Origin: an uncultured Bacillales bacterium
Lineage (GTDB): Bacteria; Bacillota_I; Bacilli_A; RFN20; CAG-449
Length of the DNA: 64,000 bases
Assembly (NCBI GenBank): GCA_946641515.1
Contig: CAMPBT010000002.1
Location: forward strand, 129,471 to 193,470
Direction: 5' to 3'
Positions 26,482-36,104 of this stretch are shown here, piece by piece (within the stretch, counting starts at the first letter, position 1; each line of letters starts with the position of its first letter). The notes under the pieces were generated by a model, which saw only the letters and a program-made list of their open reading frames with translations, did not search any database and was not told the DNA's origin. The position numbers and the translations under genes are program-made.

Positions 26482-26988
26482 TTATTCACTTAAATAGTCT
26501 TTAATTATCGACCATTCTCTAATTAATTTATCTAAGTTCATCGCTGCATTTGCAGGGCTAGAAGAAGATAGTTTTGTACATATTGAAACTAAGTCTTTAT
26601 TATATTTAACAAAATATTCAAAAGACTTATTTCCTAAACAAAAGATTCTTTTAACCTTTGTTCCTTCAATTAATTTTTGTATATCTGTAGGAATTACATT
26701 ACTAATAGAAGAATCGTCACTATCTTTAATATCACATTCTTCAATAACATCATATAAACCAATGTGATGAGAAATAATGAAATCTTTCTTTTCTTCAATA
26801 TTCATAGAATAAGCATCTACGTTAAATAAGGCACCTAACACCTTCCAAAATCTATTTTGAGGATGCATGTAGAAGAATGAATATTCTCTTGATTTTACAC
26901 TTGGAAAAGAGCCTAAAATTAAGATTTTAGATTCTTTATCAATCAATGGAGGAAACTCATGAGTTTGATGAATTAAATTAGTCATCAA
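26482..26988 (-). CDS. UDG-superfamily DNA glycosylase (DNA-deoxyinosine/hypoxanthine glycosylase-like)
   Basis: ILILGSFPS motif near the N-terminus, ~165 aa. Confidence 0.55.
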   Translation of the reverse strand: MMTNLIHQTHEFPPLIDKESKILILGSFPSVKSREYSFFYMHPQNRFWKVLGALFNVDAYSMNIEEKKDFIISHHIGLYDVIEECDIKDSDDSSISNVIPTDIQKLIEGTKVKRIFCLGNKSFEYFVKYNKDLVSICTKLSSSSPANAAMNLDKLIREWSIIKDYLSE

Positions 26989-28294
26989 TTAAGACTCCGT
27001 ATAAGTTGTAATGATCACAAGAAGTAATCTTTACTTTAACAATATCACCTGCTGCTAAAGGTCTATCTGATTTAAAGATAATCTTTCCATCAATATCGTC
27101 TGGAGCGTTAAAGCCACTTCTTAAATAATAGACATTGTTTTCGAAATTATAATCGATAACAATACCTTGATGAATTTCACCTTTTCTCTTCTTGTTATTT
27201 GATAGAGAAATAGCTTTTTGAGTTTTCATGATCTTATTGTATCTAGCTTGCTTAACTTTTTCATCAACTTGGTTTTCATAATCATATGATTTAGTACCTT
27301 CTTCACGTGAATAAGTAAAGGCACCTAAATGATCAAATTTTTCTTTCTTAATAAATTCTACTAAGTTATTGAAATCTTCATCAGTTTCACCTGGGAAACC
27401 AACAATTAATGTAGTTCTAATAATTGCATCAGGAATTCTCTTTCTAATTCTATTAATTACATCTTCTGTTGATTCACGAGTATCGTGTCTTAACATAGAA
27501 CGTAAAACTCTAGTTTCACTATGCTGAATTGGTAAATCAAAATACTTAGTTAATCTAGGTTCACTAGCGATTAAATCAATTAATTCATCAGTAACTTCCT
27601 GAGGATATAAATAAAGTAATCTAATATATTTAAATTCTGGATATTCAAGTAATGATTTAAGTAAATCAACAATATCAGTCTTGATACCTTGCTTTCTTAA
27701 ATCCATACCATATTTAGTAGTATCTTGAGAAATGACTACTAATTCTTCAATACCTTGATCTCTTAAATGTTCTGCTTGTTTTAAGATTTCTTCTTTTGGT
27801 ACTGATCTAAAGTTGCCTCTAATTAAAGGAATTGCACAGAATGCACATCTATTGTTACAGCCTTCTGAAATCTTTAAATATGCAGAGAAAGGACCTGTAG
27901 TTAAAACACGTCTATCTAAATCAATGCTGCCTTGCATAGTCATAGAAGGATATTTCTTTTGGATAGTATCCTGAATCATCTGTGCCATATGTGGATAATC
28001 TCTAATTGAGATAAATAAATCGACTTCTGGGATTTCTTTTTCAAGTTCTTCTTTATATCTTTCAACTAAGCAACCTGTTACGATAGTAATTTTATTAGGG
28101 TCAACATATTCAAAAATAGTATCGATAGATTCTTGTTTAGCGCTGTCAATAAAGCCACATGTATTAATAACGACAATATCTGCTTCTTCAGCATTATCAA
28201 TAATTTCAAAATTATTTCTCTTAAATAAAGAAATAATCATTTCTGAATCTACTAAGTTCTTGGAACAACCAAGTGAAACAAATCCTACTTTCAT
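26978..28294 (-). CDS. rimO: Ribosomal protein S12 methylthiotransferase RimO (radical-SAM MTTase)
   Basis: KVGFVSLGCSKNLVDSE, radical-SAM CNNRCAFC, VGFPGETDEDF and a C-terminal TRAM domain; collinear with E. coli RimO. Confidence 0.8.
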   Translation of the reverse strand: MKVGFVSLGCSKNLVDSEMIISLFKRNNFEIIDNAEEADIVVINTCGFIDSAKQESIDTIFEYVDPNKITIVTGCLVERYKEELEKEIPEVDLFISIRDYPHMAQMIQDTIQKKYPSMTMQGSIDLDRRVLTTGPFSAYLKISEGCNNRCAFCAIPLIRGNFRSVPKEEILKQAEHLRDQGIEELVVISQDTTKYGMDLRKQGIKTDIVDLLKSLLEYPEFKYIRLLYLYPQEVTDELIDLIASEPRLTKYFDLPIQHSETRVLRSMLRHDTRESTEDVINRIRKRIPDAIIRTTLIVGFPGETDEDFNNLVEFIKKEKFDHLGAFTYSREEGTKSYDYENQVDEKVKQARYNKIMKTQKAISLSNNKKRKGEIHQGIVIDYNFENNVYYLRSGFNAPDDIDGKIIFKSDRPLAAGDIVKVKITSCDHYNLYGVLIDD

Positions 28295-28807
28295 CTATTT
28301 ATCCTCCATCATTCTTTTTGCTTCTTTTAGAATTGGTAATTCTCTTCTTTTAACAAGTAAAGAGACTCCTTTATCTTCCATGTTTTCATATAATTTAATA
28401 ACTTCATCAATATCTAACCATAATATATCTTGAATTAAGTCATCTCCATCAGAAGCATGATGGATTATTGTTTTACCAATAACTCTTGCAAGATAATAAT
28501 TATTAATATTGTGACGAGATATTAAATTGTAATAATCATCTACTACTCCAACTTTATCAAGAATTTCAGTTTTAACACCGACTTCTTCATCAAGTTCTCT
28601 TTTTAATGCAGTAACTTCATCTTCACCTTCATCAATTCCTCCTCCAGAGGTTTCGTAATAGCTTTGATTGCCAAATGCATCATCTCGTTTAATTGATAAG
28701 ATACAAATTTTATTTTCTTCATTAAAAAGAATTCCTCTAACTATCTTTCTAGTATGAGGAGTTCCTTTTGTTTCAAATTGATCATCTTTTAAAAATAAAT
28801 TAATCAT
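28295..28807 (-). CDS. NUDIX hydrolase
   Basis: Nudix box GGGIDEGEDEVTALKRELDEEVG. Confidence 0.75.
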   Translation of the reverse strand: MINLFLKDDQFETKGTPHTRKIVRGILFNEENKICILSIKRDDAFGNQSYYETSGGGIDEGEDEVTALKRELDEEVGVKTEILDKVGVVDDYYNLISRHNINNYYLARVIGKTIIHHASDGDDLIQDILWLDIDEVIKLYENMEDKGVSLLVKRRELPILKEAKRMMEDK

Positions 28808-29955
28808 TAAACTCTCTTTTTCTGACCTTTATAATAAATTTCTTCAATGATACCTCCACCTAAGCAAATATCATTTAAATAGAAAACTGCAGCTTGTCCT
28901 GGAGTAACTGCTTTATAAGGTTCATCATAAATTAATTCAACAGTAGTATCATCAATAAATCTTAAAGTGACCCCCTGATCTTTTTGTCTATATCTAAACT
29001 TACAACCAACATGTAAATCACCTGCTGGTTTTTCTTTATATGTCCAGTTGACATCTTTAATAATTGCGCGGTCTGATTTTAAATATTCATTATCTTCACC
29101 TTGGCAAACATATAGAATATTCTTTTCAATATCTTTGGCTACGACAAACCAAGGTTCATCACTCTTACCTTTAACTCCGCCAACACCAAGTCCCTTATGT
29201 TGACCAAGTGTGTAATATAAAATGCCATCATGTCTACCAATCTTATCACCAGTAGTAATTTCTACAATATCACCTGGTTTAGATGGTAAGTAGTTCTTTA
29301 AGAATTGCTTAAAATTTCTTTCACCAATAAAGCAAACACCAGTTGAATCTTTTTTAGTTGCCACTTCTAAATCAAGTTTAGCAGCAATCTTTCTAACATC
29401 TGGTTTATCAATATCACCAAGTGGGAATAAACATGCTTGTAATTGTTTTTGATTAACTTGTGATAAGAAATATGTTTGGTCTTTATTTTGATCAAATGAT
29501 TTATGCATTTCTACATAATCATCACTAACATCTACTCTTTTTGCGTAATGGCCTGTTGCAATATAATCACAACCCATAGATTTAGCAAATTCTAAGAACT
29601 TATCAAACTTAATGTACTTATTACAGAAAATATCTGGGTTAGGAGTTCTTCCCTTCTTATATTCATCAATGAAATATTGGAAAACATAATCCCAATATTC
29701 CTTAATGAAATCAATACGATATAGAGGAATACCTAATTTTTCTGCAACTTTAACTGCATCATCATAATCTGTTTCTTGAGGACATTGTGAATTATTTAAA
29801 GTAGGGTTGCCTAAAAAATCACCATTAGCAATAGCGTCCCAGTTTCTCATAAATCCTGCAACTACATCATATCCTTGTTCTTTTAATAAATAAGCTGCAA
29901 CAGCAGAGTCAACACCTCCGCTTAAACCTACCATAACTTTTTTCTTTTCTGCCAT
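28807..29955 (-). CDS. mnmA: tRNA-specific 2-thiouridylase MnmA
   Basis: PP-loop VMVGLSGGVDSAVAAYLL and the conserved catalytic Cys regions. Confidence 0.88.
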   Translation of the reverse strand: MAEKKKVMVGLSGGVDSAVAAYLLKEQGYDVVAGFMRNWDAIANGDFLGNPTLNNSQCPQETDYDDAVKVAEKLGIPLYRIDFIKEYWDYVFQYFIDEYKKGRTPNPDIFCNKYIKFDKFLEFAKSMGCDYIATGHYAKRVDVSDDYVEMHKSFDQNKDQTYFLSQVNQKQLQACLFPLGDIDKPDVRKIAAKLDLEVATKKDSTGVCFIGERNFKQFLKNYLPSKPGDIVEITTGDKIGRHDGILYYTLGQHKGLGVGGVKGKSDEPWFVVAKDIEKNILYVCQGEDNEYLKSDRAIIKDVNWTYKEKPAGDLHVGCKFRYRQKDQGVTLRFIDDTTVELIYDEPYKAVTPGQAAVFYLNDICLGGGIIEEIYYKGQKKRV

Positions 29956-29957
29956 AA

Positions 29958-30404
29958 CTACAAGTCCTTACTATCAATCATTAAAGTGAATGGTCCATCA
30001 TTTAATAATTGAATTTTCATATCTGCACCAAAGACGCCTGTTTTAACACCTGGTACATATTTTTTAATATATTCAATTGTATAATCGTATAATTTAGTCG
30101 CCTTCTCAGGTCTAAGAGCCTCAATAAATGATGGTCTTCTACCATGAGATACATCCGCGTATAAAGTAAATTGAGAAATACATAATATCTCTCCATGAGT
30201 ATCCATAAAACCTAAATTAGTTTTACCATTCTCATCCGGGAAAATTCTTAAGGAAACAATTTTATCAATCATCTTGTTAATTACTTCTTCGTTGTCGCCT
30301 TCAGTAAAGCCCACTAAAAGTAAGAAACCTTTACCAATTGATGAGAATAATTTGTTATCAATTGTACAAGATGCATTTTGAACTACTTGTAAAACTACTC
30401 TCAT
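29958..30404 (-). CDS. dtd: D-aminoacyl-tRNA deacylase
   Basis: MRVVLQVV...QFTLYAD..GRRPSF; start at the internal Met, which has AAGGAGA upstream. Confidence 0.85.
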   Translation of the reverse strand: MRVVLQVVQNASCTIDNKLFSSIGKGFLLLVGFTEGDNEEVINKMIDKIVSLRIFPDENGKTNLGFMDTHGEILCISQFTLYADVSHGRRPSFIEALRPEKATKLYDYTIEYIKKYVPGVKTGVFGADMKIQLLNDGPFTLMIDSKDL

Positions 30405-30585
30405 AAAAAAATCTCCTTGCTCTTTATATTTTAATATAAAGCAAAGAGATATTAAACTTTTATCTTTTTTTTCGCAAGTGATATAGTCACTAATTAAAAA
30501 ATTGTAGCAATGAAGGTAACGCATGACCTTCAAAAGTAAACAACATCTTTCTCTTAATTATTGTCTTCATAAATAATAATTAATC

Positions 30586-31320
30586 TTATTCACCTAATAT
30601 TTCCGGTAAGATTTTTGTAATATCATCATGGAAAATATAATTAGCATATTCATCTTTATTTGTTTTCTCATAATTAATTAAAACTATCGTTTTTCCTTTG
30701 AAATAACTAATTAATCCCGCGGCAGGATAAACATTAAGTGAAGTTCCTCCAACAATAAGGACATCAGCATTTTCAATAGCATTAACTGCAGATATAATGA
30801 CAGTTTGATCTAATGGTTCTTCATATAAAACTACATCAGGTTTAATCTTTCCTCCACATTTACACTTAGGTACGTTATCTAGTTTCATTATCTCCTCTAA
30901 GCTATATGCCTTATGGCATTTTTCACAATAATTTCTATAAATAGAACCATGTAATTCTATCACATTACTAGAACCTGCTATTTGATGAAGACCATCTATA
31001 TTTTGAGTAATGACAGTTAATTTATGAGGATATTTATGTTCATATTCTGCTAAAGCAATATGAGCAAGATTAGGTTTAGCGTCTAAATGAACCATGCTCG
31101 ATTTATAAAACTTAAAGAAATTAGAAGGATTAAATTCATAATAAGTATGAGATAACATCTCTTCATAGCTTACTCCATATTCGCTTTTTAATTTATATAA
31201 GCCGTCTTTTCCTCTAAAGTCAGGAATGCCTGAAGCAGTTGAAATACCTGCTCCACCAAAAAAGACAATTTTTTTACTATTTTTAACGATTTCACGTACA
31301 TCTTCAATTTGTGTATTCAT
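30586..31320 (-). CDS. cobB: NAD-dependent protein deacylase (sirtuin, CobB)
   Basis: GAGISTASGIPDFRG motif and Zn-binding CxxC...CxC. Confidence 0.85.
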   Translation of the reverse strand: MNTQIEDVREIVKNSKKIVFFGGAGISTASGIPDFRGKDGLYKLKSEYGVSYEEMLSHTYYEFNPSNFFKFYKSSMVHLDAKPNLAHIALAEYEHKYPHKLTVITQNIDGLHQIAGSSNVIELHGSIYRNYCEKCHKAYSLEEIMKLDNVPKCKCGGKIKPDVVLYEEPLDQTVIISAVNAIENADVLIVGGTSLNVYPAAGLISYFKGKTIVLINYEKTNKDEYANYIFHDDITKILPEILGE

Positions 31321-31349
31321 AGTTCCTCCAATGAAAAAAGTCCAGTATA

Positions 31350-32651
31350 TTACTGGACAATTTCATAAATAATTGAATGAGTTGTAACTTCTTTTTCTGA
31401 TAACTTAAATGATTCTTCAATTTCTTTTAAGATATCTTCAAACTTTTCAACATTAGTGTAGACTGTGCATAATAAATCACCTTTAGCAACTTTATCTCCA
31501 ACCTTCTTAGCAAGGATAATACCTGCTGTTGGATCAATTACATCTTCTTTAGTTGCTCTACCTGCACCAAGTTTCATTGCAGCTTCACCAATTTCAAGTG
31601 CGTTAATTTCACTAACAAAACCATCTCTTGATGATCTTACTTCAACAATGTTCTTTGATACTGGAAAAAGTTCTGGATGATAAATATATTCTTTATTACC
31701 GCCTTGAGCTTCTACCATTGCTGCTAACTTATCAAGACCTTCTTTTGATTCAATCTTTTCTGTAATTAATTTAACGCCTTCTTCAAATGTAGAAACACGT
31801 TTTGCTTGTAATAACATAGTTGCACCAGCTTTTGTGCATAATTCGACTAAATCTGCAGGTCCTTGTCCATTTAAAGTTGCAATAGCTTCTTTAACTTCTA
31901 AGTTATTACCAATAGCAAGACCTAAAGGTTCATTCATATCAGTTAAAATTGCTCTAGTATCTCTATGTAATTCATCACCAATATCAACCATAGTACGTGC
32001 AAGAACTCTAGCGTTATCTAAAGTTTTCATAAATGCACCAGAACCAAATTTAACATCAAGTAAAATAGTATCTGAGCCAGATGCTAATTTTTTAGACATA
32101 ATAGATGAAGCAATTAAAGGAATTGATTCGACAGTTCCAGTAACATCTCTTAATGCATATAATTTTTTATCTGCAGGAACAAGTTCTCCTGTTTGGCCAA
32201 TAATTGCAATACCAATATCATTTACCTGTTTAATAAATCTATCTCTTTCAATAGCAATTGATGTACCAGGGATTGATTCAATCTTATCTAATGTACCACC
32301 TGTATGACCAAGTCCTCTACCAGACATTTTTGCAAGTTTAACTCCACATGCAGCAACTAATGGACCAAGAACTAAAGAAGTCTTGTCACCGACACCACCA
32401 GTTGAGTGTTTATCAACTTTAACCCCTGCAATTGAAGATAAATCAATTGTTTCTCCAGAGTGTAACATCTCATCAGTTAAAATACCGATTTCTTTTTTGT
32501 TCATTCCTTTGAATAATACTGCCATAGTAAATGCAGATGCTTGATAATCAGGAATTGAACCTTCTGTATAACCTTTAACGAAGAAATGAATTTCATCTCT
32601 TGTTAATTCTTTTCCCTCTCTTTTTTTGATAATGATATCAACCATTCTCAT
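31350..32651 (-). CDS. pdp: Pyrimidine-nucleoside phosphorylase
   Basis: Starts MRMVDIIIKKREGKELTRDEI...DYQASAFTMAV, essentially the B. subtilis Pdp N-terminus. Confidence 0.88.
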   Translation of the reverse strand: MRMVDIIIKKREGKELTRDEIHFFVKGYTEGSIPDYQASAFTMAVLFKGMNKKEIGILTDEMLHSGETIDLSSIAGVKVDKHSTGGVGDKTSLVLGPLVAACGVKLAKMSGRGLGHTGGTLDKIESIPGTSIAIERDRFIKQVNDIGIAIIGQTGELVPADKKLYALRDVTGTVESIPLIASSIMSKKLASGSDTILLDVKFGSGAFMKTLDNARVLARTMVDIGDELHRDTRAILTDMNEPLGLAIGNNLEVKEAIATLNGQGPADLVELCTKAGATMLLQAKRVSTFEEGVKLITEKIESKEGLDKLAAMVEAQGGNKEYIYHPELFPVSKNIVEVRSSRDGFVSEINALEIGEAAMKLGAGRATKEDVIDPTAGIILAKKVGDKVAKGDLLCTVYTNVEKFEDILKEIEESFKLSEKEVTTHSIIYEIVQ

Positions 32652-32762
32652 ATAAATATTTCCTCCCTTTTTTAAAAAAGATACCTAATATTATAACACA
32701 ATAAAAATATAAGAAAAGATGGTATTTTTATACCATCTCTTGATAGGCCAATTAGTTTAGAA

Positions 32763-33449
32763 CTAGAAGAATTTCCCTCTTGCTTGTTCCTTAATTTCCT
32801 TTGTTGTTGAGAAAGGAATTCTTGTGTGATAACCAGCTTTTGCTGCGACAATTCTATATGCAGGCCAGACGAAGATCATCTTGTTCCAAGTTGCAACTCT
32901 GTCGTTGTATTGTTCTCTTGCTGCAGTAATTTGAGCTTGAGTAACTTGGTTTTCTTTCATAGCTTTTAAAATTGAAGCATGTGATTGTAAATCTGGATAG
33001 TTTTCTAAAGCAACATTAATCTTATGTGCAACGTTTTCAATAGCAGCATTTGCTTCATTACGTGCTTCATCTGCACCTTCAGAAGCAGGATTAATTCCAC
33101 TTCTATATGCTGCAATCTTTGCAAATGTTTCTTTATCTAAATCGATAGCTTTATCAAGTAAGCCAACCATATTTTGGAGTCTCATAACTCTTTCTTCCAT
33201 CATATTATCGATTGTAGAAGCATCTGAGTTGATTTGTTGTTCGATTTGTTCTAAATAAGTTTTAGCGTGCATTTTCTTAACTGCGAAGATGATTCCTGGA
33301 ATAATGCCAAGTACCCATAATGCAATTTCAAAAATATAGGATCCTGCTCCAATTGTTGGAGTCTTTCTTTTGTTGATGACGTGAGTATCTTGACCTTCAG
33401 ATACTGTTGATTCATCTAATTCATCTAATTGTTCTTCTTTTCTTGCCAT
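32763..33449 (-). CDS. LemA family protein
   Basis: N-terminal TM and coiled-coil body, with a C-terminal WPAYRIVAAKAGY..FST tail typical of LemA. Confidence 0.7.
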   Translation of the reverse strand: MARKEEQLDELDESTVSEGQDTHVINKRKTPTIGAGSYIFEIALWVLGIIPGIIFAVKKMHAKTYLEQIEQQINSDASTIDNMMEERVMRLQNMVGLLDKAIDLDKETFAKIAAYRSGINPASEGADEARNEANAAIENVAHKINVALENYPDLQSHASILKAMKENQVTQAQITAAREQYNDRVATWNKMIFVWPAYRIVAAKAGYHTRIPFSTTKEIKEQARGKFF

Positions 33450-33454
33450 AAATC

Positions 33455-35284
33455 CTATTCTCCTTTCTTGTTTTCAAAATAGTTTTTTATTTCCTCAGAC
33501 TTACCTTCATAAGCTTTTGATGAAGGGATAAATCCGAATAGGCCGTTTCTTACTACTGCATTTGAAACAAAGTTTTTAATAAAATTACCTGCTGTTTCAT
33601 TTGAAGATAGTTTTTCTCTAAAGGACTTTTCATCAGTATTGAAATTCATAACTGCGAATGGAGTAACTTTAGTTCTAGGTTCGTAATCAATATATTTAAC
33701 TACGATTGTGTGCATTCTACCATCTCTACCCATTTTAGTAAAGGTTTGGCTTCTTGGGATAGCTTCATAATAATAAGCGTTAACTTCAATTTCATCGATG
33801 TCGTCATCTTTCTTGATGAGTTTAGTTTTTAAAATTGCGCTTGTAGAGCAATCGGAATTAACGAATAACTTATAATCAAGTTCATTAATAAGTGATTCAG
33901 TTTCTTCTGGAGTAACGTTTCTTAATTTTTGAAGTACACCTTTGAAGATATATTCATCAGGTTCATATTCTTGATAATCAGGAATTGCCATTACAGGGGC
34001 TAAATCAAAATATATACCTTTGAAATACTCATTTTCATAATTTAAGAATTTCTGCTTACATCTCTTATAGTCATAATCATAGAAATCTTCAGGTTTTGCA
34101 AAATAATTAAATCTATTAGAATGAGTAGAAGATATCTTATTAATCATTCCTTCTTTAATAAAGTGGAAATCATCTCCATAGTTATCATCATCCATTAATA
34201 ATGAAACCATGTTCTTTCGTGCAAGAGGAGTAAATAACATACGGAATTCAACTTCATCAGTACGATTTGTCGCTTCAAATAAAGCTTCAAATTTTTCATC
34301 ACCCATAAGAGTAAAATTACCGCCATTTCTTGTTGATTTAATTTCTTTTTTTCTTAATTCTTTTGCTTTCTTTGCAACGTATTTTTCAGTTTGCTTCTCA
34401 TTCATTGCATCAACATCTTTACTGTATCTAGTAAAGTGAAGTTTAGGAGCAAACTCATTTCCATAATACATAGTTGTGTAATACCAGTATCTAGGAGCAG
34501 GACGAACTACTTCGGCATATAAAGTATCAGTATGAACACTTACTCTACCTTTAGAATCTCTTGTAGTCCAAGTATAAGTAGTAGAACCTGTATAAGTCTT
34601 ATCAAACAATGCTGTGTTATAAGTTTTTGCAAGTAAGAAAGGTGAATTACCTAAGGTTCCAGATAATACATCATATACTGAAGTATTAATATCAATAAAA
34701 TCTTTCATTCCATATTTTGAATGGAATAATTCATATTTCTTTAAATCAAAGATTTGATCTACTTCAAATGCTTCTTGAATCATCTTAGAAATATCTGCGC
34801 CCATATTATATCTAAACAAATTATTTAATGGAGCCATATTATCCCAGCATGCTTTTAATGCTACGTTAGTTTCTTCTAAAGCTTTCTTATAAGTTTCATC
34901 TCTTGCTTTAATTTTTTTATTAAGAATAGTAGGAATTAAGATAATACCAGTTAGAGCTAAAGCAAATAATAATATTGAAACTATAATTTTCCACATTTCA
35001 GGTTCACTTAGAAACAATAAAAATAATCCAACAACTATAAATAAAATGCTAAATATAATTAATGCAGTTCTAATACCTTTTAAACCATTAAGTTTATTAC
35101 CTAGTCCATCTGAAATAACTTTTTTTTCGTTATATTTTTTTACTAAGCTAGCATTTTCTTCTTCATCTACTTTTGCCTGATCACTTAGCTTTTCGAAATA
35201 CTCTTCTGCAGCGTCGTTAAAATCAGTTTTAAACATCATATTATATTCTTTTAAAGGATCAAGAATTAATTCTGTATTTGCCAC
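33455..35284 (-). CDS. Hypothetical 609-aa protein with a central TM hairpin (residues ~70-125), co-transcribed with lemA
   Basis: Long ORF 5 nt upstream of lemA; two adjacent hydrophobic helices and no recognisable motifs. Confidence 0.55.
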   Translation of the reverse strand: MANTELILDPLKEYNMMFKTDFNDAAEEYFEKLSDQAKVDEEENASLVKKYNEKKVISDGLGNKLNGLKGIRTALIIFSILFIVVGLFLLFLSEPEMWKIIVSILLFALALTGIILIPTILNKKIKARDETYKKALEETNVALKACWDNMAPLNNLFRYNMGADISKMIQEAFEVDQIFDLKKYELFHSKYGMKDFIDINTSVYDVLSGTLGNSPFLLAKTYNTALFDKTYTGSTTYTWTTRDSKGRVSVHTDTLYAEVVRPAPRYWYYTTMYYGNEFAPKLHFTRYSKDVDAMNEKQTEKYVAKKAKELRKKEIKSTRNGGNFTLMGDEKFEALFEATNRTDEVEFRMLFTPLARKNMVSLLMDDDNYGDDFHFIKEGMINKISSTHSNRFNYFAKPEDFYDYDYKRCKQKFLNYENEYFKGIYFDLAPVMAIPDYQEYEPDEYIFKGVLQKLRNVTPEETESLINELDYKLFVNSDCSTSAILKTKLIKKDDDIDEIEVNAYYYEAIPRSQTFTKMGRDGRMHTIVVKYIDYEPRTKVTPFAVMNFNTDEKSFREKLSSNETAGNFIKNFVSNAVVRNGLFGFIPSSKAYEGKSEEIKNYFENKKGE

Positions 35285-35407
35285 AATTATCTCCTCCTTT
35301 CAATTAATTTTTATTATACATTATATTCATTAGTAATGAATATCATTTTTAATATTTGTAAGGTATGTTAATTAAATTATCACACTTTTCAAAAGTTTAA
35401 TAATTTA

Positions 35408-35995
35408 TTATTCATAGATAAAATCTTTTACTAGAACATCATCTTTAGTATAAAGTTTACCTTCTTTTGTATAGAAATTTTCATTACTTGAATCAAGATT
35501 AAAATAGAATACATATCTTGAAACATAGTCAGTTGTCTTATCATCTTTTTTATATTCTGCAACCTCAATATTTGTATCTACATATTTAACAGTTTTTAAA
35601 TACTTAGGTAATGTAACGAACAATTTATAGTTATTTAATATTATTTCATCTCCAAGAAAAGATTTATTTTCATACAAATATTTTTCACTAGTTGAATAAT
35701 AGCTATCAGCATCAGGATATAATTCTTGCAAATTGCTTGACGCTCTAAAAGGAGAAGGAACACCTCTTCCAAAATATCCTCCTAATGTTGTTACATAACA
35801 TCCATTTATTTCACTAGGAATAACATATTCAGTTTTATCCTTATCAAAAGTTATATTTGCAACGAAAGCATCTTTTTTTGCAGTATTATAGCCTATATCA
35901 ATATCCCCTGTTTCCAATTGATAAAATAAGGAGCATGAAGTTAAAGGTAATATACAACTTAACAATGCTAAACAAGAAACAATTCTCTTTTTCAT
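35408..35995 (-). CDS. Lipoprotein of unknown function
   Basis: Signal peptide with lipobox LPLTSC (MKKRIVSCLALLSCILPLTSCSL). Confidence 0.6.
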   Translation of the reverse strand: MKKRIVSCLALLSCILPLTSCSLFYQLETGDIDIGYNTAKKDAFVANITFDKDKTEYVIPSEINGCYVTTLGGYFGRGVPSPFRASSNLQELYPDADSYYSTSEKYLYENKSFLGDEIILNNYKLFVTLPKYLKTVKYVDTNIEVAEYKKDDKTTDYVSRYVFYFNLDSSNENFYTKEGKLYTKDDVLVKDFIYE

Positions 35996-36104
35996 AATCC
36001 ACCCCCAAATGTGTACACTTATTATATATTGCTACTATACATATGTTAAATATTTATAGCAAGGAAACGAAAAAAGTATCCGTATAAACGAATACTCTTA
36101 ATGA

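Noticed and set aside
31465-32307. Plus-strand ORFs 31465-31680 and 31834-32307 inside pdp
   Set aside because: Antisense frames within a well-supported, highly conserved pdp coding sequence.
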